Source: Planctomycetales bacterium
Lineage (GTDB): Bacteria; 4484-113; JAFGCY01
Length of the DNA: 32,000 nt
Direction: 5' to 3'
Assembly: GCA_022646745.1 (NCBI GenBank)
Contig: CP060262.1
Coordinates: forward strand, 3,570,001 to 3,602,000
The notes beneath the pieces are model-generated. The model was not told where the DNA came from, searched no databases, and worked only from the letters and a program-made list of their open reading frames with translations. The position numbers and the translations under genes were made by a program. This document shows positions 1-6,885 of this stretch, piece after piece; position 1 is the stretch's first letter; each line of letters starts with the position of its first letter.

Positions 1-95
1 AGAGCTTCGAGTTCGGTGAGGTCCTCAGCACGATGTCGACCCTGATCACGGGCTATGCCGTGGTTGACAACACCATCAGCAAGAGCAGCAACTGA
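1..95 (+). CDS. 3' end of an unidentified CDS (partial, runs off the left edge)
   Basis: Frame 3 is open from the window edge to TGA at 93-95 (...GYAVVDNTISKSSN*). Third codon positions are GC-rich like neighbouring genes. Too short to identify. Confidence 0.4.
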   Translation, partial: SFEFGEVLSTMSTLITGYAVVDNTISKSSN

Positions 96-100
96 CAACG

Positions 101-126
101 AAAAAAGGCCCGGCTTACGCCGGGCC
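101..126 (-). terminator. Intrinsic terminator oriented for the minus strand
   Basis: Perfect 8-bp GC stem GGCCCGGC (107-114) / GCCGGGCC (119-126) with a 4-nt loop (GTAA on the minus strand). An A6 run at 101-106 gives TTTTTT directly after the stem on the minus strand. On the plus strand the stem is followed by CGGTTGGGG, so there is no U-tract. Confidence 0.6.
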
Positions 127-153
127 CGGTTGGGGAGATAAGTGGATGGTTGG

Positions 154-309
154 CTAACTGAGCGGGCTTCGCCCGGTAGCGCATCCCATGCTTCCCACGC
201 ATCCAGGGGAAGCGGCATGCCGGTACCGGGGGTGTCCAGGAGGGAATCCCGCCAGCCAGCCCCTGCATTCACAAGCCCGCGGAGCCGTGGCGATTGTTCT
301 GTCTCTCAT
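154..309 (-). CDS. Candidate 51-aa Cys-containing small ORF (could instead be part of a structured sRNA)
   Basis: ATG at 309-307 is preceded by AGGGAGGAACT. The ORF reads MRDRTIATAPRACECRGWLAGFPPGHPRYRHAASPGCVGSMGCATGRSPLS and ends at TAG 156-154, about 28 nt before the terminator stem. Third-position GC is only ~60% by my count, lower than neighbouring genes. Confidence 0.2.
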   Translation of the reverse strand: MRDRTIATAPRACECRGWLAGFPPGHPRYRHAASPGCVGSMGCATGRSPLS

Positions 310-331
310 AGTTCCTCCCTGAACTATCCTC

Positions 332-360
332 AATGTACAGGCTATATCGGTGCGCCGCAA
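332..360 (-). promoter_or_regulatory. Putative sigma70-type promoter for the minus-strand small transcript
   Basis: Minus strand reads TTGCGG (360-355), a 17-nt spacer, then TACATT (337-332). The predicted start is near 325, giving a ~225-nt transcript ending at the 101-126 terminator. Confidence 0.3.
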
Positions 361-1063
361 GGCGACTGCAGACAGCTTTGGGTTAAATCAGGCAATCGCT
401 GACAACCAGTCCAGACTGACCAGCGGTACGGAAGCGCCGGAAGCCAGATGCAGCGGTGCTACACTTGTTCCCGTGGCGGAAGGCAAGCATGAACTGCTCG
501 AACGGCTGGCGGGCCAGATCCGCTCGTGCACACGCTGCCCGCTGTGCGATGGCCGGACCCATGCCGTGCCCGGCGAGGGCAGCCCGAATGCCAGGGTAGT
601 GTTCGTCGGCGAGGCCCCCGGCCGCGATGAGGATGAGCAGGGCCGCCCCTTCGTGGGCAAGAGCGGGCAGCTGCTCAGGCAGACCATCCGCGAGGTGGGC
701 TGGCGTGAGGACGAGGTTTTCATTGCCAACGTGCTGAAGTGCCGCCCACCGGAGAACCGCGATCCCGAGGAAAGTGAAATCGAGGCCTGCCGCTCCTGGC
801 TGATCGCCCAGCTGGTGACGATCCGCCCGCGCCTGATCGTGACCCTCGGGCGCTATAGCATGGCGCTGCTGATGAAACCGGGACTGAAGATCACCCAGAT
901 CCACGGCCGGCATGCGATCCGCGACGGCTTCGTGGTGCTGCCGACATACCACCCGAGTGCCGTGCTGCGCGATCCGGAGAAGCTGGCTGACTTCCGCCGC
1001 GACATCATGAAGGCGCGCAGGCTCAGCGAAGTGATCGATGACAACGGCCGGCTGAATGTATGA
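350..1063 (+). CDS. Uracil-DNA glycosylase, family 4 (Fe-S type)
   Basis: Carries CTRCPLC near the N-terminus, GEAPGRDEDEQGRPFVGKSG (family-4 motif A), NVLKCRPP, and YHPSAVLR (motif B). The ORF-track start is GTG 350. An in-frame GTG at 473 would give 196 aa, closer to typical family-4 length. The stop overlaps the next start (ATGA). Confidence 0.9.
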   Translation: MRRKATADSFGLNQAIADNQSRLTSGTEAPEARCSGATLVPVAEGKHELLERLAGQIRSCTRCPLCDGRTHAVPGEGSPNARVVFVGEAPGRDEDEQGRPFVGKSGQLLRQTIREVGWREDEVFIANVLKCRPPENRDPEESEIEACRSWLIAQLVTIRPRLIVTLGRYSMALLMKPGLKITQIHGRHAIRDGFVVLPTYHPSAVLRDPEKLADFRRDIMKARRLSEVIDDNGRLNV

Positions 1064-1770
1064 CGAAGTGCATCCTGTTCGACCTCGGGGGCACGCTGTG
1101 GGATGACTGGCCGGCCGAGCTGGAGTACTGGCGGATCTGCGCCGGACTGCTGACGGGAGCGGGCCATCCCTGTACGGTGCAACAGTTCATTTCCGAATCG
1201 ACTGCGCTGATAGACCGCTACTGTCCGAGCCTCAGCAGGGCCCTGGTCTGGCGCTTTGCCGGTTATGACGATGAACTGGCAGCGCGTATCCGCAAGGAAG
1301 CAAGCAGCATGATCTGGGAACTGCTCGATGATAATGAGCAGCTGGCGAAGCTCTACCCGTTGTGGCCGGGTGTGCACGGGGTGCTCAATGAGTTAAGGGA
1401 AACATGCAGGCTCGGTGTTGTCAGCATGCATGGCAGCCGGGTCAGGCCGGTGCTGCAGCGGATGGGACTGGCGGAATACTTCGAGGCAGTCTCGCTCTGC
1501 GATGAAGCGGGGCTGTACAAGCCGGACCCGCGCATCATCCAGCATGCCCTGGATGCGATGGAGCTGGAAGCCGCTGACTGCATCATGGTCGGCGACAGGA
1601 TTGATAATGACATCTGGCCTGCGAACTGCCTCGGACTGCGCAGCGTCTGGCTGCAGGCGCATCCGTACGACAGGCAGCTGCCGCGCTATGAACTGGACAG
1701 GCCGGGGCTTGTGATCAAGTCGCTGGACAGCCTGCCGCCGGCACTGCGGGCAATGGGATGGATCGCTTGA
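1060..1770 (+). CDS. HAD-superfamily hydrolase (subfamily IA-like)
   Basis: Motif I is FDLGGTLWDD, motif III is YKPDPRI, motif IV is GDRIDNDIWPAN. Overlaps the UDG stop by 4 nt. Confidence 0.85.
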   Translation: MTKCILFDLGGTLWDDWPAELEYWRICAGLLTGAGHPCTVQQFISESTALIDRYCPSLSRALVWRFAGYDDELAARIRKEASSMIWELLDDNEQLAKLYPLWPGVHGVLNELRETCRLGVVSMHGSRVRPVLQRMGLAEYFEAVSLCDEAGLYKPDPRIIQHALDAMELEAADCIMVGDRIDNDIWPANCLGLRSVWLQAHPYDRQLPRYELDRPGLVIKSLDSLPPALRAMGWIA

Positions 1771-2471
1771 GCGCCCTGCCCTCCACTCTCTGCTTCGACC
1801 TTGGATCCACGATCTGGGATGACCGCCCGGCGCTGGAGTTGCAGTGGGGCTTTCTGGTTGAGATCCTGGCCAGCTACGGCATAGACACCAGCCTGGAGCA
1901 GATACGCGAAATGGCCAATGAGGTGATCCGCAGCTTCGCGCCGACGCTTACACGCGTGATCGTCTGGCAGATGACCGGCCGCGACGAGGGCAAGTACCGC
2001 AGCATCATTCGCGAGATGGTGGAACGCATGCTGCCGATCCTGGACGACCCGGATCAGTTCCGGCGGCTAAACCCGCTGCTGCCCGGAGCGCATGAGACGC
2101 TGGCTGAACTGGCCGGACGGCACCGGCTGGCGGTGATCAGCAACAACTTCGCCAGTGCCGACCGCTGGATGGAGTACCACGGCATCTACGATTACTTTGA
2201 GCACATCTCCATGAGCGGTGCCCACCGGCTGCACAAGCCGGACCCGCGGCTGTTCATCGTGACGCTGGAAGCACTGGGGGTCGAGGCTGCGGATGCGGCG
2301 ATGATCGGGGACCGGCTGGACAATGACATCTGGCCCGCCAACCGGCTCGGAATGACAACGGTGCGCATCCTGCAGGGGCACTATGCTGTGCAGCAGTCCC
2401 GCTACCATGTTGACGAGCCGGATGCCTGCATTGACTCGTTGCCGGAACTGCTGCAACTGGGCAGGCGCTGA
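1758..2471 (+). CDS. HAD-superfamily hydrolase, tandem paralogue of the previous gene
   Basis: Motifs FDLGSTIWDD, HKPDPRL and GDRLDNDIWPAN are colinear with the upstream gene. The start overlaps the upstream gene by 13 nt. Confidence 0.85.
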   Translation: MDRLSALPSTLCFDLGSTIWDDRPALELQWGFLVEILASYGIDTSLEQIREMANEVIRSFAPTLTRVIVWQMTGRDEGKYRSIIREMVERMLPILDDPDQFRRLNPLLPGAHETLAELAGRHRLAVISNNFASADRWMEYHGIYDYFEHISMSGAHRLHKPDPRLFIVTLEALGVEAADAAMIGDRLDNDIWPANRLGMTTVRILQGHYAVQQSRYHVDEPDACIDSLPELLQLGRR

Positions 2472-2480
2472 TTACCCCCC

Positions 2481-2509
2481 TTATCTGATTATTGGTACTC
2501 CGCTAAAAT
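2481..2509 (+). promoter_or_regulatory. Putative promoter of the liv-type operon
   Basis: TTATCT (2481-2486), a 17-nt spacer, then TAAAAT (2504-2509). Only 12 nt lie between the -10 element and ATG 2522, and no Shine-Dalgarno is visible. Confidence 0.3.
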
Positions 2510-2521
2510 AGTCCAGCTTTC

Positions 2522-3937
2522 ATGGATCTGTACAGATACATTGAAAAGGCGGCACGCTTTCGCTGGTGGTTCCTCGTGCTGGTGGTGCTTGCTCCTGTTG
2601 TGGCCAGTGCCGCTGGTGAGGGAGGCAGCGGGTTCACGCTCGGTTCGCTTGTCGAGAACCTGCTGATCGGGCTGATCCTCGGCAGCGTCTATGCCCTGAT
2701 CGCGCTTGGTTACACGCTGGTATACGGCGTGATCAAGCTGATCAACTTCGCGCACGGCGACATCTACATGCTGGGCGCCTTCACCGGCTTCTACCTGCTG
2801 CGCTTCACGGTACGCTGGCTGAACTTCACGCAGGGCATCAGCCTGATCTGGTGCTTCGTGATTTCCGTCGTGATCTCGGCGATCCTGTGCGCGGCACTGG
2901 CTGTACTGATGGAGCGGCTGGCCTATCGCCCGCTGCGCAAGAGCAGCCGCATCGCCGCCCTGATCACCGCCGTCGGTGTGAGTTTCCTGCTGGAGAACGG
3001 CGGCATCATCGCCTTCGGTCCGAACCCCAAGAGCTATGAACCGCGCAAGCTGGAGGTCTACCAGCTGCAATTCGCGGGTAGCGAAGATTTCAGCAATGCC
3101 CGGCAGCAGGAGATATTTGACCGCACGCAGCAGAACTTCCAGAGCAGTGAACTGTCCAAGACGCCATATGCCCGTGTGCGTGTTGTCAGCAAGGCCGGCA
3201 GCTCGGAGTGGTCACCGACGCTGATCCTCAGCATGGACGAGCAGTTCGGCCTGGAGGAGATCCCGAAGGACCAGATAGCAAATGACAGCCCGCAGCAACT
3301 GGCCAGCATCGGCTACAGCAATGACAGCAAGGCCGGCACCACCACGGTGTCCTGGGCCCGCGCCGCGGTGGCTGACTACCAGGTACGGCCGATCTTCAGC
3401 AACAGCGAGGGCGAACAGCTGGCCTTCCACCTGCCGATCAAGAACGCCGCTGGGGATGACATCCGCGTGCCATGGTTCAACGTGGTGATCGTGGTCGTGA
3501 CGGCGATCCTGCTGTGGGCGCTCAACATCCTGATCAACCGCAGCATGTTCGGCATCAGCATGCGCGCCCTGTCCTTCGACATGAATGCCGCCAAGCTGAT
3601 GGGCGTGGACACGGACAAGGTGATTGCACAGACCTTCGCCATCGGCGGGGCCTGTGCAGCCGTGGCCGGCAACATCGTCGGCCTCTACAACCAGCAGATC
3701 GACCCGCTGATGGGCATCCTGCCCGGACTGAAGGCCTTCGTGGCCGCTGTGGTGGGAGGCATTGGCAGCATCCCGGGTGCAGCGGTCGGCGGGCTGATCA
3801 TGGGCATCAGCGAGGGCCTCGTGAAGGGCGCGGGCGCAGGCAAGATGGCTGATGCGATGGCCTTCGCGATCCTGATCCTCGTACTGCTGTTCAAGCCGAC
3901 CGGCATCTTCGGCCGCACCACGAGGGAGAAAGTATGA
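2522..3937 (+). CDS. livH: Branched-chain amino acid (HAAT family) ABC transporter permease, LivH-like, with a large loop insertion
   Basis: LivH hallmarks are present: LINFAHGD, MRALSFD..AKLMG, GGIGSIPGAAVGG, FKPTGIFGR. At 471 aa it is ~160 aa longer than E. coli LivH, through an extra N-terminal hydrophobic segment and a ~154-aa hydrophilic loop (residues 167-320). Confidence 0.9.
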   Translation: MDLYRYIEKAARFRWWFLVLVVLAPVVASAAGEGGSGFTLGSLVENLLIGLILGSVYALIALGYTLVYGVIKLINFAHGDIYMLGAFTGFYLLRFTVRWLNFTQGISLIWCFVISVVISAILCAALAVLMERLAYRPLRKSSRIAALITAVGVSFLLENGGIIAFGPNPKSYEPRKLEVYQLQFAGSEDFSNARQQEIFDRTQQNFQSSELSKTPYARVRVVSKAGSSEWSPTLILSMDEQFGLEEIPKDQIANDSPQQLASIGYSNDSKAGTTTVSWARAAVADYQVRPIFSNSEGEQLAFHLPIKNAAGDDIRVPWFNVVIVVVTAILLWALNILINRSMFGISMRALSFDMNAAKLMGVDTDKVIAQTFAIGGACAAVAGNIVGLYNQQIDPLMGILPGLKAFVAAVVGGIGSIPGAAVGGLIMGISEGLVKGAGAGKMADAMAFAILILVLLFKPTGIFGRTTREKV

Positions 3938-5145
3938 TCAATCCATACTGGGAACTGGTGATTTTCCTCGTGATGATCAACGTGATCTTCACGCTCTCAC
4001 TCAACCTGATCCTCGGCTACAACGGCCAGTTCTCGCTCGGGCATGCCGGCTTCCTCGCGATCGGCGCCTACGGCAGCGGCGTGGCAACCACCGCGCTTGG
4101 CCTGCCGCTGTTTGCCGGAGTACTGATGAGCATCGCTTGCTGCATCGTTGCCGCCGTGATCGTGGGCTACCCCTGCCTGCGACTGGGTGGCGACTACCTG
4201 GCGATTGCCACACTGGGCTTTGCTGAAATCATACGGATAGTGCTGCTCGCCTTGCCGGAGAAGACCTTTGGCGGCGCGACCGGGATGCAGAACATCCACA
4301 ACATCTATGACTACCTGCCGGTGCCGGCCGGCGCACACAACGGCATCATCAACCTGATCTTCACGATCGTGTTCAGCGTGGTGTTCCTCGCCCTGACGAT
4401 CTGGGGCGTGTTCGCACTTGGCAACTTCCTCAACGGCGTGCTGCAGAAGCGCTTTGGCGGCAACTTCTGGCGTTACATCGTCTGGGCCGGATTTGTGGTG
4501 CTGATCATCGCCAACCTGTCCGGCACCAAGGGCACGGCCTCAGTCAGTGCCAAGCCGGGCATTGCCGGCTACGTGATGGACATCTTCCAGTTCAGCAACG
4601 CGATGAAGCAGCCGAGCCTGGAAAGCCGCCAGTGGCTGGTGTTCCTGATCTACGGCCTGATCGTGCTGGCGGTGAACCAGCTGATCCGCAATTTCCTCAA
4701 CAGCGTACCCGGCCGCGGCGTCGTGGCGATCCGCGAGAATGAGATCGCGGCCACAAATCTCGGCATCAACGTGTTCTGGCTCAAGCTGCAGAACTTCATG
4801 CTGGGCTGCGCCTTCGCCGGCCTGGCCGGCGCACTGCTGGCGCACACCATCCCGCTGATCAAGCCGATTGAGTTCGGCTTCCTGAAGAGCGTGGACGTGC
4901 TGCTGATGGTGGTGCTGGGCGGCATGGGCTCGATGACCGGCAGCTTCGTCGGCGCGGTATCGATCTCGGTGCTGCCGGAGGTGCTGCGCGGCGTCGGCGA
5001 ATGGCGGATGGTGCTCTATTCGCTGGTGCTGATCCTGTTCATGCTGTTCAAGCCGGGCGGCATCTTCGGCACGAACGAGCTGTCAGACATCTTCAGGCTG
5101 CCCTGGCTGAAGCGCGGCAGGGACGCGGAGGCCAGCGATGCTTGA
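3934..5145 (+). CDS. livM: Branched-chain amino acid ABC transporter permease, LivM-like
   Basis: Carries GYNGQFSLGHAGFLAIGAY, RLGGDYLAIATLGFAEI, IRENEIAA and FKPGGIFG. ATGA overlap with livH. Confidence 0.9.
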   Translation: MINPYWELVIFLVMINVIFTLSLNLILGYNGQFSLGHAGFLAIGAYGSGVATTALGLPLFAGVLMSIACCIVAAVIVGYPCLRLGGDYLAIATLGFAEIIRIVLLALPEKTFGGATGMQNIHNIYDYLPVPAGAHNGIINLIFTIVFSVVFLALTIWGVFALGNFLNGVLQKRFGGNFWRYIVWAGFVVLIIANLSGTKGTASVSAKPGIAGYVMDIFQFSNAMKQPSLESRQWLVFLIYGLIVLAVNQLIRNFLNSVPGRGVVAIRENEIAATNLGINVFWLKLQNFMLGCAFAGLAGALLAHTIPLIKPIEFGFLKSVDVLLMVVLGGMGSMTGSFVGAVSISVLPEVLRGVGEWRMVLYSLVLILFMLFKPGGIFGTNELSDIFRLPWLKRGRDAEASDA

Positions 5146-5905
5146 AGTTGACAACGTCAGCGTGGTGTTCGGCGGGCTGACCGCGGTCAACAAGCTGTCA
5201 TTCACGGTCAGCCCGGGGCAGATCGTCGGCCTGATCGGGCCGAACGGCGCCGGCAAGACCACGGTGTTCAATGCGATCCTTGCGGTGTTCCCGCCGACCA
5301 GCGGAGAGGTCCGGCTCAACGGCGAGGCGATCAACCACCTGCCGACGCACCGCATCAGCCGGCTGGGGATCGCCCGCACATTCCAGAACATCCGCCTGTT
5401 CAGCTCGATGAGCGTGCTTGACAACGTGCGCGTGGCGCTGTCCCGCCGCTATCGCTACTCAATGTTCGACGCCCTGCTGCGCACACCGAAGTGCCGCCGG
5501 CTGGAGGCCGAGCTGGAGCAGGAGGCACGGCGCATCCTCGAGTTCTTTGAGCTGTCGCACGTTGTCAGCGACCGGGCGGACTCCCTGCCCTACGGCCTGC
5601 AGAAGTACCTCGAGATCGCACGCGCCTATGCGCTGCAGCCGAAGATCCTGCTGCTGGACGAGCCGGCGGCAGGCCTGAACGAGAGCGAAACTGACAACCT
5701 GATGGAGAAGGTGCGCCGCATCATGGACGACACCGGCTGCGGCGTGCTGCTGATCGAGCACGACATGAAGCTGGTGATGGGCATCTGTGAGCACATCGTC
5801 GCCATCGAATACGGCGCGAAGATCTCCGAGGGGCCGCCTAGCCACGTGCAGAACGACCCGAAGGTGATCGAGGCCTACCTCGGAAAGGTGGATGAGGCTG
5901 TATGA
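5138..5905 (+). CDS. livG: Branched-chain amino acid ABC transporter ATP-binding protein, LivG-like
   Basis: Walker A is GPNGAGKTT, the signature-like region is LPYGLQKYLEIARA, Walker B is LLLDEPAAG, and the C-terminal motif is DPKVIEAYLG. Overlaps livM by 8 nt. Confidence 0.93.
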   Translation: MLEVDNVSVVFGGLTAVNKLSFTVSPGQIVGLIGPNGAGKTTVFNAILAVFPPTSGEVRLNGEAINHLPTHRISRLGIARTFQNIRLFSSMSVLDNVRVALSRRYRYSMFDALLRTPKCRRLEAELEQEARRILEFFELSHVVSDRADSLPYGLQKYLEIARAYALQPKILLLDEPAAGLNESETDNLMEKVRRIMDDTGCGVLLIEHDMKLVMGICEHIVAIEYGAKISEGPPSHVQNDPKVIEAYLGKVDEAV

Positions 5906-6651
5906 CGGACCAGAGCGGCAACCACCATGTTGATGAAGGCCGGAAGATCCTCTCCGTGGAGGACCTGCATGTCGCCTACGGCGCTGTCAAGGCGCTGCGC
6001 GGCATCAGCTTCTCGGTGAAGGCCGGCGAGATCGTGACCCTGATCGGTGCCAACGGCGCAGGCAAGTCGACCACGATGAACTGCATCATGGGGCTCGTGA
6101 AGTGCCAGGCCGGCAAGATCGTGTTCCTCGATGAGGACATTGCCAACATGCACGCCTTCCAGATCGTGCGCAAGGGACTGAGCCTGAGCCCGGAGGGCCG
6201 GCGGCTGTTCCTCAACCTGTCGGTGCGCGAGAACCTGGAGATCGGCGGGCTGATCACGCTGGACAAGGGCAAGAAGCAGGAACTGCTGGATGAGATCTTC
6301 CAGCTCTTCCCGCGTGTGAAGGAGCGCCTGACCCAGATCGCCGGCACCCTGTCCGGCGGGGAACAGCAGATGGTGGCGATCAGCCGTGCGATCATGCAGA
6401 ACCCGGACCTGCTGCTGCTGGATGAGCCGAGCCTCGGACTGGCGCCGAACCTGGTGCAGGAGATCTTCGAGAAGGTGCAGATCCTGAACTCCGAGGGCAA
6501 GACGATCCTGATGGTGGAGCAGAATGCCTTCCAGGCCCTGCGCATCAGCCACCGGGCCTATTGCCTGGAACATGGGGAACTGAACATCAAGGGAACTGGA
6601 GCGGAGCTGCTGGCCAACCCGAAGATCAAGGAAGCCTACCTCGGCGGTTAA
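5902..6651 (+). CDS. livF: Branched-chain amino acid ABC transporter ATP-binding protein, LivF-like
   Basis: Walker A is GANGAGKST, the signature is LSGGEQQM, Walker B is LLLDEPSLGLAP, and the C-terminus is NPKIKEAYLGG. ATGA overlap with livG. Confidence 0.93.
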   Translation: MTDQSGNHHVDEGRKILSVEDLHVAYGAVKALRGISFSVKAGEIVTLIGANGAGKSTTMNCIMGLVKCQAGKIVFLDEDIANMHAFQIVRKGLSLSPEGRRLFLNLSVRENLEIGGLITLDKGKKQELLDEIFQLFPRVKERLTQIAGTLSGGEQQMVAISRAIMQNPDLLLLDEPSLGLAPNLVQEIFEKVQILNSEGKTILMVEQNAFQALRISHRAYCLEHGELNIKGTGAELLANPKIKEAYLGG

Positions 6652-6720
6652 GCCAGTCTGGAACCGGGCGCAGACAATTGCGTATCTGGTGTAGGGAGGA
6701 AGTGTCGGGGGAAGAAACCC

Positions 6721-6774
6721 GTAAGGGGAACCCATGGCAGGCTCCGGAACCGCTAACCCACAGGTGCCCCTTAC
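6721..6774 (+). terminator. Possible atypical terminator or structured element after livF
   Basis: 8-bp inverted repeat GTAAGGGG (6721-6728) / CCCCTTAC (6767-6774) followed by the T-rich ATTTCATTTATA. The loop is 38 nt, which is unusually long for an intrinsic terminator. Confidence 0.2.
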
Positions 6775-6842
6775 ATTTCATTTATACCCCAGCCATCCGC
6801 AGTTTGCACCCCTATTATCAAAATTTCCTCAACTTTCTGATT

Positions 6843-6870
6843 TTGCATGCTCGCGGGCCACGGATATAAT
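6843..6870 (+). promoter_or_regulatory. Sigma70-type promoter of murI-rph
   Basis: TTGCAT (6843-6848), a 16-nt spacer, then a consensus TATAAT (6865-6870). ATG 6886 lies 15 nt downstream of the -10 element with no Shine-Dalgarno. Confidence 0.5.
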
Positions 6871-6885
6871 TCATCCTTCTAATCC

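Noticed and set aside
53-402. ORFs 53-268 (-) and 142-402 (+) in the first intergenic region. I also considered a known structured RNA here (cobalamin or ZTP riboswitch, SRP, tmRNA, RNase P, 6S).
   Set aside because: The 53-268 ORF reads through the terminator hairpin and into the convergent gene. The plus-strand ORF has no start context. By eye, the conserved cores I remember are absent on both strands (GGAAAGUCC of RNase P, the tmRNA tRNA-like end, the SRP GGAA-loop helix 8, the B12 box). The partial resemblances (AGGGAAUCCCGCC, CCUCCUGGAC) were too weak.
1060-2471. Both HAD paralogues have D-x-G instead of the canonical D-x-D in motif I (FDLGGT / FDLGST), suggesting loss of phosphatase chemistry.
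   Set aside because: From memory, active subfamily-IA members such as E. coli YihX (FDLGNV) and the haloacid dehalogenases (D-x-Y) also lack the second Asp. This is therefore a subfamily trait rather than a novelty. Kept only as a motif note.
6561-6869. 102-aa plus-strand ORF running from the end of livF through the spacer, with an internal GTG right after GGGAGGAA.
   Set aside because: It overlaps the livF 3' end. The SD-to-GTG spacing is only about 2 nt, it reads straight through the murI promoter, and its codon usage is AT-rich at third positions. It is most likely non-coding spacer.
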